NCBI RefSeq assembly: GCF_018350175.1
Contig: NC_058373.1
Location: 106,332,001 to 106,396,000, forward strand
Origin: Felis catus
Lineage: Eukaryota
DNA length: 64,000 nucleotides
Direction: 5' to 3'
Shown here one piece after another: positions 36,831 through 48,772 of the stretch. The notes beneath the pieces were generated by a model. That model was given only the letters and a program-made list of their open reading frames with translations, was not told where the DNA came from and ran no database searches. A program made the position numbers and the translations under genes. Position 1 is the first letter of the stretch. Each line of letters opens with the position of its first letter.

Positions 36831-37059
36831 TCTTATAAATGTTCTCATGACATTTGATTCATTCAATCAAAATTTACTAAGGATTCAGTATTATGCCATG
36901 CACTGTGCTGGCTACTGGATGTACAGACATGTCGACTCCCACAGAGGGACTCACATTGCCTTTACTGCCCTTCCTAATTATACCTTTTCTCCCCTTAACT
37001 TCTAGAGGGCTGGGAGTAGATCATAATCATTCTTGTACAGAACATAGCCAAAGTAGGTT

Positions 37060-37180
37060 CTTTTTTTAACAAAGTTTATCTATTTATTTTTTAAGTAATC
37101 TGCACTCAACATGGGACTCGAACTTATGACCCCAAGATCAAGAATCACATGCTCTTCCGATTGAGCCAGCCAGGTACTCC
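37060..37180 (-). mobile_element. Short CAN-SINE
   Basis: gggactcgaacttatgaccccaagatcaagaatcacatgctc...gagccagccagg. Confidence 0.8.
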
Positions 37181-37644
37181 AGCAAAAATAGGTTCTTAAT
37201 AAATGTGTGCTGAACAAACTGCAACTGCATTGTTTCGACTATAGCATCAGAATGATGACATTTTACAACTGTAAAAGGAACTCATAATTTTCAAAGAGTA
37301 GTCTTTGATACTTCATGAGAGAGAAACACAACAATTCTACGTTTCCAGGGAGCAAAATGAACTGCATTTAGAAAGCACACGATTCAGGAGTCCTTAGAAA
37401 TGCTTTAGGATATGAGTGGATAATTTCTAAGCTCCCTCGTAAGCTTATGATTAAAATCGACTGAGAGTGAGAACTATATTTAGATCTACTGTAGTCCCCT
37501 TCCAGAAATTGTGATTTCTAATACACACTGCACTGATTTGCCTGAGAGCAGTCTTACTTGTAGGATTATTCAAGCAGTTAAGGCTACAGGCAAGAGAAAG
37601 AAGTAGAAATCTGATTTGTAGCTAGGGAAGTGACATTTTGGTTC

Positions 37645-38702
37645 TTTCTTTGGGCTGGGGGAGTGGTTTCCACTGAGTTACATACATACATTTATTTATT
37701 TATTTATTTATTTAGATTAAGTTTTAAAATTTAATTCCAGTATAGTTAACATACAGTGTTATATTAGTGTCAGGTGTACAATACAGTGATTCAACGATTC
37801 TACACATTACTCAGTCTCATGATGATAAATGCACTCCTTAATCCCCATCATCTACTTCACCCATCCCCCACCCACTTCCCTTCTGGTAACCATAAGTTTG
37901 TTCTCTATAGTTAAGAGCCTATTTCTTGGTTTCTCTCTCTCTCTCTTCCCCTGTGTTCATTTGTTTTGTCTAAAATTCCACATGTGAGTGAAATCATATA
38001 CTATTTGCCTTTATCTGACTGACTTGTTTCATTTAGCTTTATATTCTCTATCTCTATCCTAGTTGTTGGAAATGGCAAAGTTTCATTCTTTTTTATGGCC
38101 GAATAATATTTCATTGTATATATACACCACTTCTTTATCCACTCATCTATCAATGGACACTTGGGGTGCTTCCATATCTTGCCTATTGTAAATAATGCTG
38201 CAATAAACATAGGGGAGCGTGTATCACTTTGAATTAATGTTTTTGTACTTTTTTGGGTAAATGCCCAGTAGTGCAATTAATACATTATAGGGTAGTTCTA
38301 TTTTTAACTTTTTGAAGAAGCTCCATACAGTTTTCCAGAGTGGCTGCACCAGCTTGCATTCCCACCAACGGTGCATCAGTGTTCCCTTTTCTCCACTTCC
38401 TTGCCAACACCTGTTGTTTCTTGTGTTGTTGATTTTAGCCATTCTGACAGGTGTGAGGTGATATCTCATTATAGTTTTGACTTGTATTTCACTGATGATG
38501 AGTGATGTTGAGCATCTTTTCATGTGTCTTTTGGCCATCTTTATGTCTTTGGAGAAATGTCTGTTTGTGTCTTCTGCCTATTATTAAATTGGACTTTTGG
38601 GAGTTTTTTTGGTGTTGAGTTGTATGAGTTCTTTATATATTTTGGATACTAATCCTTTATTGAATATGTCATTTGCAAAAATCTTCTCTCATTCAGTAGG
38701 TT
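37645..38702 (-). mobile_element. 5'-truncated carnivore L1 (ORF2 C-terminus and 3' UTR) with 15-bp TSD
   Basis: ORF remnants [13 protein letters not shown]...ELPY; TSD gtgacattttggttc at 37630-37644 and 38703-38717. Confidence 0.92.
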
Positions 38703-38951
38703 GTGACATTTTGGTTCCTGATTAACATTTTAAAAGTCTAATGACACAAAATATTTGATATTTATTCTGTGGTTGATATATGAATCTGTTAATGCCAGTC
38801 TCTCTTTCTAATGCATTCTTTTGGTTTTGGAGAGAGGTTTATTCCAAACTCAATTTCATGTTTTGTTTCTATTGGAAATCACTAATTGGCATCCACCTTT
38901 TGCTTTTTTTCACTGAACAAATACATTAATTAATCAGTTTAAAAATATATA

Positions 38952-39148
38952 GGGGTGCCTGTGGCTCAGTCAGTTAGGTTCAGTCAGTCAAAAAATTGCA
39001 CTAACTGACTGAGCTGACTGACTTGAGCTCAGGTCATGATCTTATGGTTTATGAGTTCGAGCCCTCTGTCAGGCTCCATGCTGACAGCGTGGAGCCTGGA
39101 GCCTGCTTTGGATTCTGTCTCCCTCTCTCTTTGCCCCTCCCCTGCTTG

Positions 39149-39182
<34 letters not shown>

Positions 39183-39210
39183 AGTGAATAACATTGAAAA
39201 AATAAAATAA
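38952..39210 (+). mobile_element. CAN-SINE with an inverted templated insertion in its head
   Basis: ggggtgcctgtggctcagtcagtt...gagctcaggtcatgatc..., (CT)n, A tail. Confidence 0.88.
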
Positions 39211-39212
39211 TA

Positions 39213-39440
39213 GGGGCGCCTGGGTGGCGCAGTCGGTTAAGCGTCCGACTTCAGCCAGGTCACGATCTCGCGGTCCGGGAGTTCGAGCCCCGCGTCAGGC
39301 TCTGGGCTGATGGCTCAGAGCCTGGAGCCTATTTCCGATTCTGTGTCTCCCTCTCTCTCTGCCCCTCCCCCGTTCATGCTCTGTCTCTCTCTGTCCCAAA
39401 AATAAATAAACGTTGAAAAAAAAATTAAAAAAAAATTAAA
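39213..39440 (+). mobile_element. Young felid SINE (SINEC_Fc type) at the tail of the preceding SINE
   Basis: Near-consensus ggggcgcctgggtggcgcagtcgg...aaataaacgttgaaaa. Confidence 0.95.
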
Positions 39441-40329
39441 ATGTACAGAAGTGGTATTAATTTTCATGAATTCATACCACAACTTATTTATCTAAATATT
39501 TCTAAATCATTCTAGGATTGGGTAAGTAAAAAAAAATTGCACATTTGCAATACAGTTGAGATGGAAAATGTATTTTGCGTATTTGAAATGCTATGCATTT
39601 AATATAAATCTTTATCATCTTATGAAGCATTAAAGACTAGGGTTTCTTTTTCTTTCTTTTTTTAAAAATTTATTTTAGAAAATTAAAAAAATCTTGGCGA
39701 GAGTATGTCTCTGGCCAGTCCTAGAACACTTTGCAGTACTTTCCTAAGATCCATTCATTGTAGGATTGAATGTCACAAATGATGGATTTTACCACAGCTT
39801 CTAAAAACTTTCTTTGTTCCTCAAACCAGGTGAGCCAAGTTACAAATCTGTTTATTCATTCTATTTCCTGAAAGATTAGATACTCTAGCTCAATAGCAAG
39901 TCCCTTGAAGGGCTCCTTTCTCTTGCTTTAGAATTACTCTTTATTTCCTCTTTGGTTTCAGGTAGTTGACCTTATTAGTCAGAAAAGTGTTTTTGGCTTT
40001 TGTCTGTCATGAAAGAAAACTGATGACCCATCTAATTTGGTCTTCTTTGGTTTTCTATTCTTGTCAAAGCCAACTCCTTTCACTGTGAATAGTACCCTAG
40101 TGTTTTGATGGTCTTTGTGTCATTCTTCTTATCAAGTACCGTGCTTTGAGTAAGTTTCTTAAAAGTAATTTTAGTGATTGACTTTCACAGGCTCAGAAAG
40201 CTACTGCATTTAAAGTTTTGTAATGAATCAAGCAAAACAGATAGAGTGCATATTTAGTTTGCAATGGTGTGATAACATAACTGCAAAAGATTCTGTGAAT
40301 TTTAATTAGAACAGGCTTTTTTTTTAAAG

Positions 40330-41110
40330 TCTTCCTCAACTCCACCCCATTCTTCTTACTTAGTTTCTGTTTTTTATGTATACTAGTTACTATGATTTAT
40401 TTAAATGAATCTATTTTGCAACCAGTTCTTGATTTATTAATTTTAGGCAATATCTACTATACAAAAATTTTTAACAAGCTCAGTACACTTTCACTACCAT
40501 TCATTTCCTTTCCTGTTCCTAATTTTTCACTTTATTTTTAGTGCCAATGTTTATAAAATGTACATTCCTTTAAAGAGTTTTAATTGGGACTTCTCTGCCT
40601 TGTTCAAGGAGGTGATTCTAAAACTTATGGTATTTATAGTTATAACAGTATAACTATTTAAATATTAATTATTACAGAAATAAATAGTGAGTTTAGACTC
40701 AAAAAGGGGGCATTAATCATCTACCACCAAAGCTGCCACAGCTCAACAGAAAAAAAAGCCCTAAACATTGAGATCCAACACATTTTCTAGCAATTTCTTT
40801 CCACCTGTCTTTGCTCTCATAGGTCATATTCAGCTACTAGTCTTTCTCACGTTTTACTCCACCCTTTCCTTGAATTTACTTGTATTTTGTTAGGGTTATC
40901 TCCTTGAGAATTTTATTTTCATAAGGGGTACTTGAGTGCAGAGAGAACCTTTCGGAGTCTGCAAGTCAGAAACTATCTTGATTTTGCTGTTTTATGTGAA
41001 TAAGAGTTTGGGTGAGTATAGAAGTCTAGGTTCAAAATCATTTCTCCACACAAATCTTAAATCGTTGCTCCTCTGTCTTATGTGTGGTGCCGTTCAGAAA
41101 TATAATACCT
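40330..41110 (-). mobile_element. Very old L1 (L1ME-like) fragments
   Basis: gagtttgggtgagtatagaagtctaggttcaaaatcattttctcc... antisense ORF1-like sequence. Confidence 0.45.
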
Positions 41111-41776
41111 GACTGATTCCCATGCCCTCAACCTATATTCTTCTTTCACTCACCCTACTTGTTCGTGAGGTGTGCTCCCCAGTAGGAAAGACGGCTTTCT
41201 TTGGAAAGGGTTCTCTAGTTTTAGCCGAGGGGCTCAAGTCCCATTACCAGCCCCTAGTTAAGGAGGGTAGTGAACCCTGTTTCATATATACAAACTCATG
41301 CACGGGGGTCCCCTAGCCCACTTGGCCATGGTATTTGTTAAGCTGGGTGCGTCTCTGGTTTTCCTGGGGTGAACTGCACCAGGAGCTGATGTCTGGAGCT
41401 GATGCCAGTCCAATCCCACCTGCTTTCTGTTTTTCAGAAACATCTTCAAAACTTCTTGTTCACTAATTTCATTAGATCATATTTTCCAGTGCCTATATAT
41501 AAATTTACGATTTAAAAAAGTATTTTCTGTCATTTCAATGGGAAAATGGGAGGGAGGAGAGGTGGACACAACCGCTTGTTTTGTCATCTTGAACCAAAAG
41601 ATCCTCAGGCCATTCTAGACATCTTCTTGAGACTAGTAAAAGCTTAAGTCTGTTGACATATTTTGCTCTGAAAATGTAATCATTGTTTTATTAATACATA
41701 CCTGTTCCTGGCTTTGCTATAAATCAATTATAATTATCGGGGAAGCCACTGAACATCTTTGTGTCAGTTTCCTTCA

Positions 41777-41871
41777 TTTTTATTTTTATTTTTTTAACAT
41801 AATTTATTGTCAAATTGGCTAACATACAGTGTATAAAGTGTTCTCTTGGTTTTTGGGGTAGAATCCTATGG
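41777..41871 (-). mobile_element. Very short L1 3'-end insertion
   Basis: T tail, then aatttattgtcaaattggctaacatacagtgt...; flanked by agtttcc. Confidence 0.65.
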
Positions 41872-42408
41872 AGTTTCCCTGATTTTTAAGTGAAGCAGGC
41901 TAATAAGGACTTCCTAAATTTCTTTCCAGCGTTAATATTTAAGCATTCTAAACTTTTCTTTAGTATCACAGGATTCTGCCAATATTTGAAAAGCAGAGTG
42001 TCTGCACAAAATGTCTAATACCTCTTAAATGTGAAGGGTAGGTCCTGCATGTATTATATAACTAGAACCCTGATAGATCCCCGAGTTTAATTAGCTACTT
42101 CAGAGAGAAAACTAAAATACGATCATATACAAGCAGCTAACTAACTGGTAGGTACTTTAGATTTAGTGGTCATGAGATGTTTCTCTGAGGAGGTATCACG
42201 CAGGTTGAGAACAGAATAACAAGCTAGATATAGCCATAGAAAAATCAGAAAAGGAGAGAATGCTGGGCAAAGAGAATGGCTAGTGCAAATGCCCTGATGC
42301 AGGAACAAACTTGGTGTGTTACAGAAATGTGAAGAAGGTAAGTGCATGAGAAGGAAAGTGGTGGGAAGTAAGGTCAGGGAGTGAGACAGGAATGAGATCT
42401 TTCAGGGA

Positions 42409-42448
42409 GTCCCATTAAGTCCCATTAAGTCCCATTAAGTCCCATTAA
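42409..42448. repeat. Perfect 10-bp tandem repeat (gtcccattaa)x4
   Basis: Read directly; sits inside an L2-like remnant (about 42130-42590). Confidence 0.95.
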
Positions 42449-43408
42449 GGAGCTCAGTCTACAATGGGAAGATAATGAATGGTTTTTAACTAGTAGTTGA
42501 CATCCTCTGAATGAAGCTTCTCGGGTTGCCATGTGGAGGCTTCTCTGGCCTGTATGGGGCCAGAGTGGAAGCAAAAGACCAGTAAGAAATAATGAGCAAC
42601 CCTGAAGATCAATTTTTGCACAATTCATCTTTTGCAGCATTTCCTAGAATATTTAAGTCTAGAGTCCAATTCAACATGGATATCACTGTCCAAAGTTGTT
42701 TTTCTCTTTGTGCCTTACTTTCGCTTAGAACACACTCAGACAATGCTAGTAGAGAAAAATGTATGCAGTCAGAGTCCCAGAGAATCCAAACAGAGGCTAG
42801 TCTATACTACAACAGGTACATGAGTTCAGCCAAAAAAGGAAGTTGGCCTATTCCATGGCAACACATCTAAAGGTGATTGCTACCAGACTCAACATGCTCA
42901 GAGCCAGGATGACATTTTTCAGTTCCCTTTACACCTCTGTCCACACCTCGATTTGGTTTAAAGGAGATGCATCTCAAAGCAAATGGTGCATTTAGGTTCT
43001 GGAACCTTACTTTAATTCTAAATACCATCTTTCAGCATAAGGTCTTCAAGGTGTTCACTGTCTTCAGCCAGGTGTTTTGTTACTCGGCTCTTACTCCTCC
43101 GTTGCAGTCATTATTTTGTTTTTTAAAATCAGGGCTTTTTCATGTCAATAAAGTATTGATCATAGTTCTCAATAAAAGTAATGCCAGCATGACAGTTAAA
43201 TGCAGCAGATTATCTATCTAGAAACAAGCAGAGCCACAGTTCAGGACAATTGGGAGGGAGGGAGGGAGTGGAAAATCACTCCCAATGGGCATAAATGATT
43301 GACAACACGACACGAATGGAAGGAAGATATAACACGTGTGAATGTATGTGCACTCTTCTTCAGAAGCTGGTCAAAATATATTTCATAGGACAAGGATAAT
43401 GAAATATC

Positions 43409-43633
43409 TTTTTTTTTTAATTTTTTTTTTCAACGTTTATTTATTTTTGGGACAGAGAGAGACAGAGCATGAACGGGGGAGGGGCAGAGAGAGAGGGAGA
43501 CACAGAATCGGAAACAGGCTCCAGGCTCCGAGCCATCAGCCCAGAGCCCGACGCGGGGCTCGAACTCACGGACCGCGAGATCGTGACCTGGCTGAAGTCG
43601 GGCGCCCAAGCGACTGCGCCACCCAGGCGCCCC
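43409..43633 (-). mobile_element. Young felid SINE (SINEC_Fc type)
   Basis: Near-consensus antisense copy; TSD tgaaataYcttttt. Confidence 0.95.
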
Positions 43634-44777
43634 TGAAATACCTTTTTAAAGAAATGTTAATTACAGGTTTCTGAAAATGATTCTGAAAATTTGCACGGTG
43701 CAAAAACATTAAGGTACATCAATTACAAAACTGAGAAAATGCCATATGGCATCTCAGAACCTCAAAAATTCAGGTTGAAAAGAAAATTTCCCTTGTAACT
43801 TTAAACCTAATATGATATTCAAAACTGATTGGCAACCTCCCAACATTATGGATCAATGTGTAGTTAGGATATGCAAATTACTGGTTACACAACACAAAGT
43901 AGCCCGATAAGACTGGGAATTTACACCAGTTGCTTCTCCCTCCCTCTCCCCATTCCCAGTCTAACCCTGGAGATGCCACAGAAAGGAAAAAGAGGTGGCA
44001 CATCTCAGAAGCTCAGGCATAAATGGGGAAACTCTCAGGGGACAGTAGTGGCTGGGTTCCAGTGTGGACAGCAGACACAGTCCAGAGTGGGAGAGAGTAG
44101 GCACTCACAGAATTAAGAAGGGAATGGAGCTTCTTAGGGTTTTTTTCCCCCTTTTATTACTCTGGCCACTGGTCACTGGAAGCAGAAAAACAGCAATACT
44201 AGCTTCTCAGAGTGGCAGAGCATTCCCTCCTCCTCCCAGGGGAGGATAACAAAGAGGTTCCAGAAAGACAAGGTCTCTTGGTGGTGTTACATGTTGAGTG
44301 ATGTGGGGTGGTAGGTAGTGAGGAGATAGAGCAGGAGCAGGGGGAAGTCAAACCCAGATCATAACAGGAGAGGCTTTGTACTCTGAAGAACATTCCCTCT
44401 GCCATTCCCCAGGCTTACCATGTGGGACTCAGCTAGAGGCTCAAAATATATGAAGTATAACTGATCGAACTATGAGGCGAAAGAAATTCATCACAAATTG
44501 AAAGTGTAACAAACCCTGCACAGAAATTCATAGATCAAGCACACAGACGTTGTCAAAGATATATAAGATTTAAATATCATAATTAATAAACTCAAATTAA
44601 TAGAGAACTTTACATCCAATAGAAAAGATGTATTTTGCTTTCTTATGAATATAAGAAATATTCACAAAAATCAACTACTTGCTAGGGAATGTTCAAAACC
44701 TTCATAAATCCTAGAAAATCAACATTATAGACATTTAAACTAACCAAAATGTGATAAAATTAAAAGCCATACGAGAA

Positions 44778-45230
44778 GGGCTCCTGGGTGGCTCAGTCAG
44801 TTAAGCATCAGACTCTTGATTTCAGCTCAGGTCACGATCCCACAGTTAGTTCATGAGATCAAGCCCTGCATCGGGCTCTAAACTGACAGCACAGTGCTTG
44901 CTTGGGACTGTCTCTCTCCCTCTCTCTGCCCCTTCCCCACTCCTGCTCACATGCACTCTCTCTTTCTCTCAAAAATAAATAAACATTTAAAAAAAGCCAT
45001 GGAGGGGCGCCTGGGTGGCTCAGTTGGTTAAGCATCTGACTTCGGCTCACGTCATCATCTTGCAGTTTGTGAGTTCAAGCCCTGCGTCGGGCTCTGTGCT
45101 GACAGCTCAGAGCCTGGAGCCTGCTTCGGATTCTGTGTCTCCTTCTCCCTCTGCCACTCCCCTGCTCACGCTCTGACTCTCTCTTTGTTTCGATAATAAA
45201 TAAACGTTAAAAAATAAATAAAATAAAATA
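44778..45230 (+). mobile_element. Two tandem CAN-SINEs (44778-44995; 45005-45230)
   Basis: Two heads; aagccat(ggagg) repeated before, between and after. Confidence 0.92.
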
Positions 45231-45486
45231 AGCCATGGAGGAAATTTTAAAAATTTAGACCTGAATGACAGTGAAAATTCATGTCAAAATTTGTAAGTTT
45301 TAAATATATCAGTCAGAAAATAAGAAGGCAAAAGCAAACAAGCTATATTTTTGTCTCAAGTGTTAGTAAAGCAACAGAGTAAATCCAAAGACACAAGAAT
45401 TAAGGAAATAATATCCGTATGAAAAGAAATCCATGAATGAGACAAGAAAACAATGAAAATGGAGATTAAAAAGAAAAAAAAATGCT

Positions 45487-45600
45487 GGGGCACTTGGCTG
45501 GCTCAGTCAACGCAGCATGCAATTCTCAATCTCAGGGTCATGAGTTCAAACCCCACATTGGGTGTGGAACCTACTTAAACATGAAACAGAAAAAAGGAAA
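45487..45600 (+). mobile_element. Short CAN-SINE
   Basis: ggggcacttggctggctcagtc...gagttcaaaccccacattggg. Confidence 0.75.
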
Positions 45601-46486
45601 AGAAAAAGCTGCTTCTTTGAAAAGATTAATGACGGACAGGACTGATCAAGAAAAAGAGAAAGGAGCAGCAAATGGAATGCAACATGACCAAGAAGAATTA
45701 GCTATAGACACAACAGAGATTACAAAATAATATTGTGGGCAACTCTACATCAGTAATTTGAAAACTGGAACAAAATGGATATGTTTTGGGAAAATTTTGT
45801 ACAAATTAGTATAAAGAAAAATAGAAATCTTACACTAAACAATAATCTTCAAAGAAACTGAAATAGTAATCAAAGACTTCTTCCACAAAAGAAACCCACA
45901 GGTTCTAGATGATTCTACATTTCACTTCTACCACACTTTCAAAGACTCAATGATGCATATTTTATGCAAGTTGTTCCAGAAAGAGACAAAAAGGAAAAAC
46001 TATCCACATAATTTTATGTTGCAAGTATAATCTTGATTCCAAAATGGGATGAGGGCAGTATGAGAAAAAATGATTGTAGGCTCCATTCATTTATAAGAGG
46101 CAGTAAAGCACAGTATGTAGAAATACAGATTCCAGAGCCAAATTCTCTGAGTTCAAGGTGCAGCTCCACCATTGACTAGCTGTGTGATCTTGGGAATGTT
46201 ACTTTTTTGGTGCCCCAGCCTCCTCATCAGTAAAATGAGAATGACAAATATTAGTATACATGTCATAGATTGTTGGGAGGATTAAATGAGTTAATATATG
46301 TAAAGTCCTGGGTCAGTGTCTGGCATGGAGTAAATGTTCTCTGATTGTTAGTGATTATTAATATTGATATGAATATCCAAGTTGTAAATAAATATTAGCT
46401 AACCAACAGATATTAAAATGCTACATAAAATAGCAGTTAATCAAACCAGAGTTTATTTTAGGAATGTTTAGAAAATCTACCAGTTT

Positions 46487-46705
46487 AGGGGCGCCTAGGT
46501 GGCACAGTCGGTTAAGCGTCCGACTTCAGCCAGGTCACGATCTCGCGGTCCGTGAGTTCGAGCCCTGCGTCGGGCTCTGGGCTGATGGCTCAGAGCCTGG
46601 AGCCTGTTTCCGATTCTGTGTCTCCCTCTCTCTCTGCCCCTCCCTCGTTCATGCTCTGTCTCTCTCTGTCCCAAAAATAAATAAACGTTGAAAAAAAAAA
46701 AAAAA
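46487..46705 (+). mobile_element. Young felid SINE (SINEC_Fc type)
   Basis: Near-consensus; TSD tctaccagttta. Confidence 0.95.
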
Positions 46706-47794
46706 GTCTACCAGTTTAATTCACCACATTGATTGACCAAGAGAGAAAAATCACATGATTATCATAATAAATTGTTTAAAGTTAAATTTCTATTTTATGA
46801 CTAAAAATATTAGAGAACTGGTAATATAAAGAAACTTCCTTCATAAAGGCTATATGTCAAAATCAAATTATAGACATCATACTTAGTCAAGGAAGTTTAA
46901 ATGCATTCCTTTATGATCAGGCATAAGACAAGTATGATCATCTATATAGAAACTCCAGAGGTTCAGCAGACATGATATGGAACTAACACACAAGTTTGGC
47001 AAACTTGTCAGATATAAAATGTATATGTACATATGTATGCACACACGCATGCACGCACACACACACACACACACAGTATTCCTCTGTATTAGTAATAACC
47101 AACAAAAATATGTTGCCTTTACAATAGCAATGGAAACTATTGGAATTAACCTGAAAAGGTAAAAGAACTTTATGAGGAAAAAGTTTAAACTTTATTAAAT
47201 AATCATACAAATAAATGACTCCAGTAAGTGAAGGTATATACTGCTTGCATGAATGAAAAAGTTAACAAATGGTAATTTTCTCCTAGTTAAATATACAAAT
47301 GCAATGCAATTCTAATAAAAATTCCAATATGATATTTTGAGAATGCAAAAATTTTTTTCTAAAACTTACATGGAAGAATAAAAAAACAGGCCAAAAAGTC
47401 AATTTTGGAGAAAAGAGAGAGTAGATTCACCCTAGCAACTATTAAGACAGACAACTAAAGTATAATAGCAACAAAAACAAATGTGGCTCTGACACAAAAA
47501 GAGAAAATTAAAGCAATGGAAGAGAAACCAGAGCTCCGAAATAGAAGCACAGAGATTGAGACTTGATATATGATAAAAGTGGTACCACAGTTCTGTGGGG
47601 AAAAGATAAATTATTCAATAAATTCTGTTGAGAAAATCAACTCTATAATTATAAGAAGGAAAGATGCTAGCTTCCCAACTTACAAGTATATTCAAAAGTA
47701 AACTACAAATGGCTTAAGTATTTGTAGAGGCAAGTCTAGATATTAGAAGATAATGTAAGAAAATAAAACTTTTTACCTCAAAAATGTTTGTTGC

Positions 47795-47992
47795 TTTTAT
47801 TTTTATTTATTTATTTTTATTTTGAGGTGGGGGCAGAGAGAGAGTGGGAAAGAGAGAGAGAGAGAATCCCAAGCAGGCTCCACACCACCAGTGCAGAGCC
47901 CTACACAGGGCTTGAACCCAGAACCACGAGATCATGACCTGAACCAAAACCAAGAGTCAGGCGCTTAACTGGCTGAGCCACTCAAGTACCCC
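47795..47992 (-). mobile_element. CAN-SINE
   Basis: Antisense SINEC; TSD aaatgtttgttg. Confidence 0.9.
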
Positions 47993-48552
47993 AAATGTTT
48001 GTTGTTTTTAAACCTGAACTAAAAAGCACAAACCACAAGGTAAAAATTTATGTATCTGACTACATCAAAATAAGGATTTCTGTTCAACAGCACAACAGTC
48101 AACAAATGGGTGACAAACTAGAAGTTCTAAACCAATAGGAGAATAAACAACAAAAAAAAGATGGAAGATCAACTATAATTAGTCAATTTACATATAAGAG
48201 GCCTCAATAGCTAACAAGTATTTGAAAAGATGCTCAACCACTCTGGCTGGTAGGAAAGTAAACTAAGAAATCTGGAAAAAAAATCTGGTAATACATTAGT
48301 TAAATAATGTATTCAAATACCTAATGAGGTAGCAACCCCACCATATGATGAGTAGACCATAGATATTCTGCCACAGGTTAATAAAATGACACATATAGGA
48401 TTTTTATGGCAGTTATGTATATGGATGGAAAGCCAGCTAGGAGTCCATCATTGGGGATTAGGGAATGGGTAAGTGAAATCTGATGGATGCATTCAATGAA
48501 ATGTAGTAGTTGGAAGCAATGAACTAGGTGCACATAGAACATATTTGAAGCT

Positions 48553-48772
48553 GGGGCGCCTGGGTGGCTCAGTCGGTTAAGCGGCCGACTTCGGCCCAGG
48601 TCATGATCTTGCGGTCCGTGAGTTTGAGCCCTGCGTCGGGCTCTGTGCTGACAGCTCAGAGCCTGGAGCCTGTTTCAGATTCTGTGTCTCCCTCTCTCTG
48701 ACCCTCCCCCGTTCATGCTTTGTCTCTCTCTGTCTCAAAAATAAATAAATGTTAAAAAAAATTTTTTTTAAA
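48553..48772 (+). mobile_element. CAN-SINE (felid)
   Basis: TSD agaacatatttgaagc (48536-48551 / 48774-48789). Confidence 0.93.
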
